The notes beneath the pieces are model-generated. The model worked only from the letters and a program-made list of their open reading frames with translations. It was not told where the DNA came from and ran no database searches. From NCBI RefSeq assembly GCF_009914755.1, contig NC_060932.1: a stretch of 64,000 bases of DNA, one strand, 5' to 3'. The position numbers and the translations under genes were made by a program. Source of the stretch: the human T2T-CHM13v2.0 reference genome, Homo sapiens. Below, piece after piece: positions 17,826 through 32,874 of this stretch (positions within the stretch are counted from its first letter, which is position 1; each line of letters opens with the position of its first letter).

Positions 17826-18380
17826 TTTTCTTGCTCCTTGGCCATCTTGGTGGGTGCTCTTGAGTGGGGCCTGTCCTGCACCTAAGGCAGGAAGATGGGG
17901 GCCACAAAGAAGATGAAAACCTCACTGGAGTCAATTAACTCTGGAGTCCAACTCATTATGAAAAGTGGAAAGTATAGGCCAATATCTCAGATGAACATAG
18001 ATGCAAAGAGCCTCAACCAAATACTAGCAAACTGAACACAACAACATATTAAAAATATGCTAAGGTACAAGCCAACTCTGAAGATGATCAGACAAGGCAA
18101 AGCAAAATTCATCATCCTTTTTAGAAACTGCCTGACTTTGAAGAAATCTGAATTAGAGTACTAAGTATTGTTGGCCAAAACTGCTATCCACCACTACAGT
18201 GGCAATAACACTGAATTGGGTACAGCATGTGAAATATACTACATACAATGCATACTGGCTATCATTAATCCGGGTGATTCTGATATCATTAGAAGCATGC
18301 CAGAATAGTCTGGTGAAAAGTAAACAATGCAAAATTTTTATTTAGTAAAACTTGCCAGAGTTCATTTTTTTATTTAAAAA
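17826..18380 (+). pseudogene. RPL30 processed pseudogene, full length, inserted in an L1
   Basis: Pyrimidine-rich 5' leader ending cctaaggcaggaagATG (ATG at 17895). Encodes MGATKKMKTSLESINSGVQLIMKSGKY...[10 protein letters not shown]...[14 protein letters not shown]...[19 protein letters not shown], matching RPL30. Intronless, with internal stops and a perfect 15-bp TSD aaagtaccaatgcca at 17811-17825 and 18381-18395. Confidence 0.93.
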
Positions 18381-20072
18381 AAAGTACCAATGCCACTCTT
18401 CAGAGAAAATTTTTTAAAAATTCTAAAATTCCTATAGGATCAGAAAAGAACGTGAATAACTAAAGCAATTTGGGAGCAAAAAGAATAAAGATAGCTTAGT
18501 GGCATCAAGCTATCTGGCTTTAAAATATACTGCAAAGCTACAGTAATCAAGACAGTGTGATACTGACATAAAAATAGACACACAGACGAATGGAAGAGGA
18601 AAAATAACTCAGAAATAAATCCATACATCTACAGCCAACTCATTTTTAACAGATACACTGTGAAAGGACTTCAATAAATTGTGCTGCAGAAATTGGATAT
18701 CCATACGTAGAAGAATAAAACTAGACCCCTATCTCTCACCATACACAAAACTAAAATCAAAATAGGTTAAGACCTAAATGTAAGTCCTTAATCTATGAAA
18801 CTACCAGAAGAAAACATTGGGAAATACTTCAGGACATTAGTTCTGGCAAATATTTTTTGCATAAGACCTCAAAATACAGGCAACACAAGCAAAACTAAAC
18901 GAATGTGATTATATCAAACTAAACAGCTTCTGTAAAGCAAAGTAAACAATCAACAGAGTGAAGAGATAACCTACAGAATGGGAGAAAATATTTGCTAACT
19001 GCCCATCTGACAAGGGACTAATAACCAGAATATATAAGGAACTAAAACAACTCAATAGCAAAAAAACACAACAAAACAAACTAAAACAAAAAGAAACCCA
19101 CAAATAATCCAATTAATAATGAGCAAATGCTTTGAATAGGCATTTTTCAAAATAAGACATACAAATGGCTACCAGGTAAATGAAAAAAATGCTTAACATT
19201 ACTAATAATCAGGGAAATGCGAATCAAAACCACAACGAGATATTATCTCACGCCAGTTAAAATGGCTATCAGAAAGACAGAAAATAACATGCTGAGAAAG
19301 ATGCAAAAAAAAGAGGGAATGCTCATGCACTGTTGGTGTGAATGTTAATTAATGCAGCAACTATATAAAATAGTATGGAGTTTCCCTTAAAAGCTAAAAA
19401 TACAACTACCATATGATCCAGCATTACCATTGCCGGGTATTTATCCAAAAGAAAGAAAATTAGTATATCAAAGAGATAGCTGCACGTGCATGTTTATTGC
19501 AGCCCTATTCACAATAACGAAGGTATTCAATCAACCATCATTTGATGAGTGGATAAAGAAAATGTGCTATATATACACAATGGAATGTTATTCAGCCACG
19601 GGGAGGAAAAACATAAAATCATGTCATTTACAGTAACATTGGTGGAGCTAGAGGACATTATGTTACGTGAAATAAGCCAACCACAGAAAGACAAATATTG
19701 CAAGTTTTCACTTATATATGGGGGCTAACAAAAAATTGATCTCATGGAGGTAGTGAGTCAAATGGTAGTTACTAGATACTGGGAATTGCAGCATTCCAAT
19801 GGGATGAAGAGGGTACAAAAATACAGTTATACAGAAGGCACAAATTCTATTGTTCAATAGCACAGTAGAGTGATGATAGTTAATAAGAATTTATTTTATA
19901 TTTCAAAATAGCTAGAAGAGAATATTTAAAATGTACTACACAAAGAAATGACAAATGTTTGATATAATGAATATTCCAGTTACTCTTATTTGATAATTAC
20001 ATATTGTATGCGTGTATCAAAATATCCCTTGTACTCCATAAATATGTACAACTATTACATACCAATAAAAAA

Positions 20073-23000
20073 GAGAAATAGAAAACACCTCAAGATGAAA
20101 CAAAAACACGATATGCCAAAATGCATGGGAAACAGAAAAAACAGGACTATGTAAGAAGTTCATAGCAATAAACACCTACATAAAAAGGAAAAATGTCTCA
20201 AGTAAATAACCTAACTTTCTCCTTCAACGAACTAGAAGAACAAAGAAGCTCACAGTTAGCAGAAGGAAGGAAATAAGATTAAAGAAAATATAAAAACATA
20301 ATAGAAAATAGAAAAACAATTAAAAAATAAAACTAGAGTTGGTTTCTTGAAAATCTCAACACAATTGAGATTCCCTTAGCTATTCCAAGAAAAATGAGAT
20401 AAGACTAAAATAAATAAAATCAGAAAAGAAAGAATAATGCTACAGAAATAAGAGACATAAGAGACTATATTGAACAATTATATGATTACAAGCTGGATAA
20501 CTTAGGAAAAAAAGTGGACACATTTATAGAAATATACAGTCTACCAAGACTAAATCATGAGAAATAGAAAGCCTGAACAGACTCATTATTAATATGGCCA
20601 TTTAAGCAGTATTTTAAAATCTCCCAACAAAGAAAAGCCCATGACCAGATGACTTCACTGGTGAATTCTACCAAACGTTTAAATAAGAATTAATTTCTAT
20701 CCTTCTCAAACTCTTCCCACCAACCCCCGCAAATTGAAACAAAACAAAACAAAACCAAAAACAAACAAAAAAATTTCCAAATTAATTTTGTAAAGGCAAT
20801 ATTCCCTGATACCAAAGCCAGAAAAATACATCACAAGAAAAAAAACTAGAGATCAATATTTCTGATGAATACATGTACAAAAATCCTCAACAAAATACTA
20901 GCAAACTAAATCCAACAGCACATTAAAATGTTAAAAGGATCACACACAATGTCCAAGTCGGATTTATTCCTGGGACAGAAAGATAGTTCAATATACAAAA
21001 ATCAATTATTTTGATACACCACATTAACAGAATAATGGATTAAGATCACATGATCACATGATAATTTCAGTAGATGCAGAAAAAGCATTTGACAAAATTA
21101 AATGCCTTTTCTTAAAAAAAAATCCTCAATATATTAGGAATAGAAGAAGAAAAATGTTTCAACATTATAAAGGCCATATATCAAAAGACCACAGCTAACA
21201 TCATACTGTCTGGAAAAAAAAAAAAACTGAGAACTTTTCCTCCAAGATCAGGAATAAGCCAAGGATGTTCACTTCCCACTCCTATTCAGCATAGTACTGC
21301 TAGTCCTGGCCAGAGCAGTTTAGGAAAGAAAAACAAAAGGCCTCCAAAATGAAAAAAAAAAAAAAAATAGGTAAAATAGTGTCTGCTGGCAGATGACACA
21401 ATCTCATATATAGAAAATCCTAAAGACTTTATCAAAAAAACTGTTGGAACTAATAAATTCAATAAAGTTTCAGGATACAAAATCAACATACAAAAATCAA
21501 TTGTGTTTCTATATACACTAACAACGAACTATCTGAAAAGGATACTCAGAAAACAATCTAATTTAAAATAATCTCATAAAGAATAAAATACTTAGAAATA
21601 ATTTAACTAAGGAGGTGACAGACTTGTATACTGAAAACTATAAAACAATAATGAAAGAAATTAAAGATACAAACAAATGGAAGAACAGCCTCTGTTCATG
21701 GATTGTAAATAGAAAAAAAAATTTCTACTATTCACATGAAACCAAAAATAACTTGAATAGTCAAATCAGTTTTGCAAAAGAATAAAAAACTGAAGGCATC
21801 AGACCTCCTCATTTCAAATATATATTACCAAAGTACAATAATCAAAACTGTATGGTACTGGCACAAACAGAGACATATAGAACAATGGAAGAGAATAGAG
21901 AGACCAGAAATAAATCTATGAAACGGTAACAGGTCCACACCATAAGACAGGGCAACAAAAAGGTGTGGACAGTGGTGGAGGGGTACCAGGAATGCACAAA
22001 GGGGAGAGGATAGTCTCCTTGACAAACGGTATTTAGAAAATTGGATATCCAGAAGCAAAAAATGAAATTAGACCCTTATCTTACAGCCTACACAAAAATC
22101 AACTCAAAATGGATTAAAAGCTTAAACGCCAGACCTGAAACTGTAAAACTTCCAGAAGGAAATAAAAAAAAGAGAAGAAAGCTTTATAACGTTGGTATTC
22201 ACAATGATTTCATGGACATGACACCAAAGGCATAGGTGACGAAAGCAAAAATAAACAAGCAGGAATACATCCAACTTAAAAGCTTCTGTACAATCAACAG
22301 GGTGAAATGGCAAGCTATGGAATGGGAGAAAATATTTTCAAGCCATACATCTAATAATAGATCAATATCCAAAAGACATAGGGAACCTCTACACCTCAAT
22401 AGCAAATGACTGATAAAAAACAGTCAAAGGTCTTGAATAGGCATTTCTATAAAAAAGGCATACAAATGGACAACAGGTATATAAAGAAATGGTTAACATA
22501 ACTAATCTTCAAGGAAATGCAAATAAAAATCTCAATAATATATTACTTCATACCTGTCAGGAGGGTTATTATTTATTAAAAAAAGGTGTTGGCAAGAATA
22601 TGGAGAAATAGAAACTCTTACATGCTATTGGTGGGAACGCAAAATGGTGCCAGCCACTATGGAAAATATTATGAAGGTTCCTCAAAAAATCTAAAAATGA
22701 AACTACTTTACGATCCAACAATCCCATTTCTAGATATTTATCCTAAATAATAAAAATGAGGATCTCGAGGAGGTATTAGTATTCCTAAGTTCATTGCAGT
22801 ATTATTCACTATAGCCAAGATGTTGGAAACAACTTAATTGTCTAATGACAGATTAAGAAAATATGGGAAAGACACACAGTGGAATACGATTTGGTCTCTA
22901 AAAGAAGGATTCTGCAATAGTCAGCAACATGAGCGAACCTTGAGGACACTATGCTAAATAAAATAAGCCAGTCACAGAAACACAACTACTGCATGACTTC

Positions 23001-23265
23001 ACTTATATGAGGTATCTAAAATAGCCAAATTAATAGAATCAGAGCCTGAAATGGTTTTTTCCAGGGGCTTAGGGGAGATGGGATATGAGAGTTACTAATC
23101 AACTGGCATAATATTTCAGTTTAGCAATATAAATAAGCTTTAGGGACCTGCTATATAGTGTTGTACCTATAACCAAAATAATGTACCCTACACCTAAAAA
23201 TTTGCTTAAAAAGTAGATCTCGTGTTAATTGTTCTTACCACAGTAAAATAAATTGAAATAAAAAT
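20073..23265 (+). mobile_element. Old L1 (L1MB/late L1MA-like), ORF2 and 3'UTR; probably the 3' part of the element starting at 7571
   Basis: Degenerate ORF2 (for example ORF 22041-22235, KMKLDPYLTAYTKINSKWIK). Ends gtagatctcgtgttaattgttcttaccacagtaaaataaa. Candidate decayed TSD aataaaaagaacatgac (7554-7570) and aataaaaataatgtggc (23257-23273). Confidence 0.8.
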
Positions 23266-23677
23266 AATGTGGCTGTTGAAGATAGGTACTGTAAAATGAT
23301 TAACACATATTTAATATATCAGGTACTTTAAAATGATGAGGATGTATTTAATGCATTATTATGGCTTCAAATAACCATTCAATCTGATCCATATTTTGGC
23401 ATATATTAATAAAACTGCCCTCTTCACTAGCCTATAAAATGTAAACATGATACACAAAATAATAGTGTTTCATTTAATTCAATGTTTTACTAATTTCTGT
23501 TCACACAGCTAAATAAATGATCAGTGCATGATTTTCCCTCTTAAAAAAGTTTTATCACTTATCTAAATAAGTTTTATTGAAATGGGATTATGTGCTACTC
23601 TCTGCTTTTTAAAAAAATTTGTTTCTGGATGTATGAAATTCTTGGATTTACAAATAGTGATTAAAAAACTATTCTGG

Positions 23678-23815
23678 ATCATTTTCTGTTATCTTTTTGG
23701 TTTCGTTTCAATTTTCACAAGGATTGGTTTTTGTAGAATCCTTGCTGATCTCTGCTTGGGTGTTTCTTGACAGCCCCTTCAGCAGAACTGACTTTCCTTT
23801 TGGACATCTTAGTGG
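23678..23815 (-). pseudogene. Degenerate HMGN1-like processed pseudogene fragment (5' coding part)
   Basis: Minus strand aagATGTCCAAAAGGAAAGTCAGTTCTGCTGAAGGGGCTGTCAAG encodes MSKRKVSSAEGAVK, versus HMGN1 MPKRKVSSAEGAAK. DNA similarity continues with frameshifts through the RRSAR and KVEAKPKK regions to about 23678. Confidence 0.75.
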
Positions 23816-24207
23816 ATATCAGCTTTCTTAAGAAATGAATGTTCAGTACAAACTTTTTCATTAAACATTTAATTTTTAAAATCTCATTGCTGCCATAAAG
23901 GTCTATTGCAAGATAATAAAGCATATTTCAATGATAAAGTAATTAGTTCCAAATTTACACAATAAAATAAACAGCATATATACTCGTGGCATGAGTATTC
24001 AGGCTATATTTTGTAGGTCTGTAAATCAACTGCTCAGTCTCTATTTCTACACATACTTCAAGAACACATATTTCCCATATTTCCCCCTAATCCTGCCAAT
24101 TCATGGCCTGGCAGTCTTACGTATCATTCAAACCACAATACATGCTGTAGCATAACTATCTGTTATACAAAATATCTGTCAGGGCAACAATGTCAAATGC
24201 TCCTCCT

Positions 24208-24598
<391 letters not shown>

Positions 24599-24688
24599 TT
24601 ATCTCTAAGTGTCCTATGTTCTATCCTTGAAAGGTAAGTGTTAATCACCTGGCATCTGGAAAAAGTTGAGAAATAGATACAAGTTATT

Positions 24689-24726
24689 ATGGCAAAAACC
24701 ACAATTACTTTTGCACCAACCTAATA
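24689..24726. mobile_element. Solo Hsmar1/MADE1 terminal inverted repeat
   Basis: atggcaaaaaccacaattacttttgcaccaacctaa followed by TA. Confidence 0.8.
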
Positions 24727-26354
24727 GTATTTGTCTTTCAGATGTAACCATGCATTATAATTACTGAGCACTGCAAACTTATGTCACAAAGCGGGGATCT
24801 AATAAATACACTGTGGCTTATTTTAATGAACTACTAATAGTGATACTTTGTTAAAAAGGGAAAATACAGGATAAATGTCAACACAGTCAGAATGCCAGGA
24901 CAACAGGCATAAATAAGGACTGTCCTTAGTAAACCAGGGAAGAGCAGTACATATGTGGAAATGGAAATAAGTAATTCTGTCTAGTAGTTCATTGCTACTA
25001 GAAGTAGCATTTAGCCTATGTCCTGGAAAATGACTAAAATTGTACAAATTTTGAATGTAGGTACAAGTGTTTCAGGAATATGGAAGAGAGTTTGCAAAGC
25101 AGTAGAAACGTGCGACGATATTGTCCTTTCAGGACAATTTAATTAGACCTCTGGATGTATATAAATGAATAGTGAGGAGTGAAGCTGGCAGGTAGGTTGG
25201 GACATATTCTGGAGGCTTTAAATGTCATGCCAAAGTGTTGAGTTTAGATTTGTGTGGCCATTAAATAATTTTCAACAGAGAAGTGATGTCCAATTTTGTA
25301 TTTCGGAAAGATCAGTCAGGTAGAAATGTGGAGAAAAGTTTTGCTGGAGGGATAAAGAAGTGAGTGGCTAGTCGACTGTTAGAGCAGTGCAGGGAACAAT
25401 AATAAGGATGAGAACAAAGGCAGGGGCACCATGCAATTGGTTAAAGCTGGGGAACTTCAACCTCTCATGGCTAAGGGATATATTTCCTTGAGATTTTTCA
25501 ACAGTATTAGCTACGGGCCTCAGCATTTTGTATTACCCAGCAGGGGAAGATTCTCAACAGAGAGGTCAAAGAGTGAAGAGCATAGAAAATGCTCTGTCAG
25601 AATCTACTATTCTGTGGGCAAATGACAGCATGATACCCAATGATATCTTCCCTGGGGAACTAAAGTGGAATGAGACAGGCAGATTAAAATGTAAGCAGAG
25701 GATATAGAAGCTGACTACTGAGAAGTGAGGACAGCACATAGGACAGCGTGAAGTGGCAATGTTAGACTTAAGTAGCTCTGATTAAGCAAAAGTGCCTTGC
25801 AGACAATAACACCAAGAGATAAAGCAACAGACTCTACAAAGGATGAATGGATCATGAAATAAAAGTCATGAGGCTGCCGACAGTGGCTTGATGATTATCA
25901 AGTTGGTCTGTGGCCTACATTTCTGTTAAATTTACTTTGCACCAAGTTTGGGGAAACACGTATCACCTGTTACATTCATTGGTGAAGATGTTCTGCTACT
26001 ATTGCCTGATTTATTATTTTTAATTAATTATTTTGACTTTCAATGGACAGCTATTTGCTCAAAAGAAGAATGGAATTAAATTGTACTAATCGGGGAAGGG
26101 GGGCTCAAATAAAATCTGACAATTAAAACGACAATACTTCCTGATTTTGTAGGAGCATCCTGGTTTGTGCCTATTGCTGAGCTTAATTTTTATTAGCACT
26201 TGCTTTTAATCTCCAAAATACCTTAAGTTTGGATAGTAAATTATATTATCACCCTGTACAAAATATGTGTTTTATATAGACATTTTAAGAGACAAAGGTA
26301 TCCATGATATTAATATATTTGGGGGCGCAAAGGCACCATAATTAAAATACCATT

Positions 26355-26597
<243 letters not shown>

Positions 26598-29500
26598 CTA
26601 CGCCTTTTATACTGGTCTTTATTTGGGGAAAAAGAAATACAACTACTGGAAGGAGCATGAGCTAGAATAGTAAGAAAATATTTTACTGAAAAGGGATCTT
26701 GGCACAGAGTCTGGAAGAATGAGCAGAATTTAAGCACATGGGAGCAGAACTAACACTAAAGAAAAAAGAAGGTTTGGTGATGGAAAGCAGCAGAGAGAGA
26801 GAGAGTGTATGAAATTAAGAGTTGCTTGAGTTAATGAAAAGATGAGTTTGAGAATTAATTAGTGATAAATATGTTTAATACCTGGTTCTTACTAGACTCT
26901 CCTAGGATGAATGAGTGAATGAATTAGCGGATGAACATATGAATGAATGGGTAGGATGAAATAGATTTATCTAGGGAAGAATAATTTAGGTAAAGCACTG
27001 AAGTGGCAAACATGATCCCACGAGCCAAGTTTGACCCACGGTAGTTGTTTAGTGGCCTATAGTCCATTTACATTCTCTTTAATACCACTTGTATACTTTA
27101 GAAACTAGATGACTTTAGATAAAATTTCTTATTTCAAATTCCACTTTAAAATTTTCCTGTCTTCCTATAGGGCAAAATGCTTAGAACCAGAGAGGGCATC
27201 TGTCCCTTTCAGATGGGCATGTATGTACTCCGGCTTTCCTCCATTTCTTCTCACGGTTTCACTCATATTTCATCTCCTTTTTTAGATTGGGACCTTTGAT
27301 GTGGTGCTTGGAATTATAATCAGGAAACCAAATTGATTAAAATGTAGAACTCCATTGCAGCTAATAATATATAACTGAAAGCTTTCTATTCCCCCTGGCA
27401 TATTAATGCATGTATCTAGAATAATAATACTGTAATAATAACTACTAAGCATTTAGTATGTACAAAGCATGACATTAATCTCCTTTCAGACATGTGAGTT
27501 TCAGTTATCACTCCAGGCATCTGCTAGTTGTATGATCTTGAACAAATTAACTGACTTTCTGAACATTAATGTATTTCTTTGGGCAATGAGAATGATAACC
27601 ATATCTTATATGGCTTTTGTGAGAATTAAATGAGATTATGTATATAAAGCATTTAACTTGATTCTTGGCACCCATCAAGACTTCATTCATGAAAAGAATA
27701 TTTTCCCATTTCAAATCTGAACACTTGAAAAGCTGTGTAAGCACATGTTTTAGAAAAGATCTCTAGCCAAGAGGTTAATTTTTCATTCACAATGTAGTAA
27801 CCATCAATGTAACTTTATTTCAATAGGTTGATTTTAAGGCTCAGATCAAATTTCTATTCATCTTAAAAAAAACTTATGAAGGCAGAGTTATTAAAGCTCT
27901 AGTATGAAATATATTGTTTCTATAACTTTAATGTGCCCTACAAATATAATAAATATAAAAATGTACTGCTATTTTCACAGATTATCTACAATAAAAATTC
28001 CCAGAAATGCATCTAAAATAGTGTGTTTCCACTTAACCAGATAAGGTTGAGTGTAAAGTGTAAGTTGCATTTGCAAACACTGAGCTTGAGACACCTTTCC
28101 ATATTACTGTATGCAGATATTTAATTGCAATAACAATTTAAGTGGAAAACACTATGTATTACTAATCTAAAGTAAAAGCAAGAATTGTTTATTGCTAAAC
28201 TACAATAGAAATAACTAAAATTAAGCCGCTCTCTGACAAATTGTTCCCACTTAAAAAAATAAACAGTAGAGAGTAGAATATACAAATATGAAGAATATTT
28301 CATTGGTAAATGTTTTCTAATTCGGAGCCATTTATATTCACCTATTATATGATTATTTTCTTATTTTATTCCATTTTCTCAAAATATATATTTAAAGTGC
28401 AAATTTAGAGATATTGACTTTTCAGTTTATACCTCTCTTTCACATGAACTTGGGTCATATAGTACAAAATAATTTGTTTGTGTTAGTAGGGAGAATAATT
28501 GTGTTCCATAAACAAAAAGTCAGCCAAGACAATTGTTTAACTGTATAATTGTTTACTTAAAACGGTATATTTTGTTGGCACTGATTTCAAAAGTCCTTCC
28601 TTCATACTTTTTTAAACTATTTGTATTATTTATTTTCAAGACATTTCAATGTTACATTTATTTATGTAAAAATAATAGTTCATTAGGTACCAGTTATCTA
28701 CTCAATACCAAATACTGTGCACACATGATTCTGTTAGATTTAATAACTTATTTATGAGATGAGCATTGTTATTCCTACGTCAATTAGAAAACCCAGTATC
28801 GGGTCACTAGGTAACGTGCCCAAAATTAGCAGTTAGTAAACAGCCAGAATTTGAATTCCGACACATTTGAAGAGTACTGGTTTTCACTCATAGTTGATCA
28901 TAGAAACATTGACACATTTCTGTTAATAGGACTTTTTAAGACTATACAGATAAAAAATCTATTAGATAATTTTCTCAAAGAGATAATGTGCATTAACAAG
29001 TTAAAACAGCATTTAAACATTTTAAGTTTTTATTCATTTTATCCATCAACTAAACTAAAATTTCTTTTACAGAACAACATATATTTAGCCACTTAGCAGT
29101 GCCATGAGAAGAAAAAAATTAGCAAGACAAGAACACTGGTAATTACTTACAAGGAATGCTATTTCATTGTCATATTATTGTTATAGAAAATCTTTAATTT
29201 AAAAGCCATCTGAAATATTTTGTCAAAGATGTCTGTGAATACATAATTAAGATATTTAGATAATTTTTAAAAAACAGGAAAAATGTAGGGTTGTATTTTT
29301 TGTAATAGCAAGTAGTCATTTCCTTCCTCATCTGCAAAACTTCATATTTTAAAACTTCTACTTTTATACTATTTCCAGATTATAAGCTTTTGTGATGTAA
29401 TTTTTTTTTTAGCTGAGTAATTTAACACCACTTTTACTTTAAGAATAAATGATTTTACAGGTGGAGAGAAGTCTCAACAATCAATATTCAAAGTTAGTTG

Positions 29501-29628
29501 TATTACCTTTTTCCCATGTATATTTTACCTTTGCTGCAGAAATATAGGAAGACTAGAAACACGAATATTTAAAATCATTAAAATTTTAAAATTAAAATTT
29601 TGAACAGTAAAGTTAACATGACTATTTA

Positions 29629-30066
<438 letters not shown>

Positions 30067-31217
30067 TTATTAAATACAATATTACATCACCTTTGCAAAT
30101 TGTAGAAACTTCAGGCATACATTCTTTCCCGTGTTCATGGATTTAACTAGGGCAACAGCAGGGGACATTTATAGATAATCTTCTACATGCTAGGCACTGT
30201 GCAAAATGCGTTACATATATTTTATTTGTTTAATTGTTATAATGACCCAATGAAATATGAATAATTTTTATCTTAATTTTACAAATATGGCAAATGGAGT
30301 TTAGATAAATGAAATAATTTCCCAAAGAGTGGCATAGTCAAAAATTGAACTCAAGTTTTCTGACTCTACAGTACATGCTTTTGCCACGTTTCATGTTAAA
30401 TCTATTCTGTTTTAAGTTTAAGCTAGACAAAATTAGAATCGGGTGCTTTTTGTGCTTGGTGCAAAATTTAGAAATCTAATTATATTGACATGCTCAACTC
30501 TACATACAATACATTTATGTTTGATACATGAATCGTTACAGCTTTAAATTTAAGTTGCAATTTAACATCAAATAATGTTTAATTTTTAGAAATTGCAGAA
30601 ATCTGGTGAATTTATTACTTTCAAGTTTAATAATATTTATATAAAACAATGCACGACTTAGACTAAAGAAAAATAAACTGGGGATGATATAGTGTAGTCT
30701 ATTTTCAGTTTGCACATTGCCTTGCAAAAGTAATGTACCAACTCACACTGCATCCATCAATGCATAGTAGTATACCACCTAGAAGCCTGTCTGAAATTCC
30801 ATTGTATATAAATGGAATTTATATTACTACTTTATATAAGTAGTAATTCTTAAGTTTTAAAGTTATTGTTTGTTATTGAAAACACACCAAGTAGCTCATA
30901 TGTCAAGGATGATTCTAGCCAAAGCTGCATAGTAAGGCTGGGACTGAGAGCCTGTGATAGCTTTGGAAGTCAGACTGGTGTTGATTTGAGATAATGACTC
31001 TGTACTTATCTAAGGGGTAGTAACAATGTGAGGAACTCTGCGGAAAAGGGAAATCTAACATGATTACATGGGCAGAGAGCAAGTGTTTCACAAATGTGTT
31101 TAGGGACAAGGACAACAGGAAATGGTATTCAGTCCCCTTCTATTCTTATTTCTCCTAATTGTTAATGAGGATGCACTAGGGTAATAATTTGCAAAACTCT
31201 GTATATCAGTCAAAATG

Positions 31218-31512
31218 GGCCAGGTGTAGTGGCTCACACCTGTAATCCCAGCACTTTGGGAGGCAGAATTGCTTGAGCCCAACATTTTGAGACCAGCCTG
31301 GTCAATATAGTGAGACCTCGTTTCTACAAAATATTTAAAAATTAGCCTAGCCTGGTAGCACATGCCTGTATTCCCACCTACTGGGGAGGCTGAGGTGGGA
31401 AGATCATTTGAGCCTATGAGGAGGAGGTTGCAGTGAGCCGAGATCGAGCCCTGCCTTCCGGTCTGGATGTCAGAGCAAGACTCTGCCTCAAGAAAAACAA
31501 ACAAACAAAAAA
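31218..31512 (+). mobile_element. Alu (AluJ-like), about 90 nt from the exon donor at 31599
   Basis: ggccaggtgtagtggctcacacctgtaatcccagc...gaattgcttgagccc...gactctgcctcaagaaaaacaaac. Confidence 0.9.
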
Positions 31513-31597
31513 TGAAATAAATGGATATTAATTTTATATAGGGGTTGGTTAGGCACTTCAGATTCCCTAGTAATGTTGAGAAAATGAAATTCATTTA

Positions 31598-31783
<186 letters not shown>

Positions 31784-32573
31784 CTACAAATTTCTCATGA
31801 GTAGACAAAAGAATACTGATTTTCTTGTTTCTTTAAAGTATACATTTGTATAAACTTTTAAAGTATCAATTGAAGCAAGAATATATAATACAATCAAATA
31901 ATAGAGTCTCAAGTTAGAGCACAAAAAAGACAACAAAACTGAAACCTACTTAAAGAATTAAAACAAGACACACTCAAAACCTCTGAGTTAGGATTCCAAA
32001 CATTTTAAGATGTGTTGTTAAATAACGATAATTTTAAAAGGGAAACAGATGGCAAGTTGCTCACTGCTAACAAATTGCAGGCTGAATAATTCATCATCTT
32101 GCTACCCCGCCTTTGAGAAAAACTAATCTTTACTGCAGTCCCTCAGGCCTTCTAAATTTCATTGTCCTTTTATTTCCCCTTTAAATCATTTTAAACCCTT
32201 TCCCTTGTACTCTCCCAAAAGTCAAAATGGCATTTTTTATTAGATTCCTTACTTCAGTAAAATCTAGTTAGGTTTTGATTTAATGTGGTCTCTAATTTTT
32301 ATAAAAATTATCAAACTAAGAATGTGAGTATCGTCATGCAATATAATTAAAATTTTATATTTTAGGGGATTCCTTCTCCATTTTAATACTATTTAATACT
32401 GTTGTGATAACTGGAGTGATTTTACGTCAGTGAACAACCTAGAAAGAGTCTCTGTACTGGAAAAGAGAGAAACTAAGTATTTTAGTTAGCATATTGCTCT
32501 ACGTCTTTAAACCCTAGAAACAAGGAAAACACTGTGGAATGCCTTACACATTTGAATCTTTTGTGATAGTTCT

Positions 32574-32678
32574 TGTTATCAGGCACTTGTGCATGAGAAC
32601 CCTCCCCTTATGGCTTTCCCAGCTCTGTTTGTCAGAGTTTTTAAAACAAGTGACTCCATTTTGATTCTGACAACTTTC
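32574..32678 (-). mobile_element. Short ERV1-type LTR fragment
   Basis: Reverse reads gaaagttgtcagaatcaaaatggagtcacttg, an ERV1/MER4-group LTR 5' motif. Confidence 0.45.
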
Positions 32679-32874
32679 CTATTATCTTAGATTAAATAAC
32701 TGAATTAAACTTTTTATTTTTGATTATTATTATTATTAGACCAAAGAAGGTCAAAGCAGGAAAGTTTTAGCATTTGGAAGAGACCTGATAACACTAGAAT
32801 CTAATGGCTCAAATTTGTAGGCTGCATATATGTTAACTTGTTTTAAAAATTTTAGATACTATATTGCACCAAAC

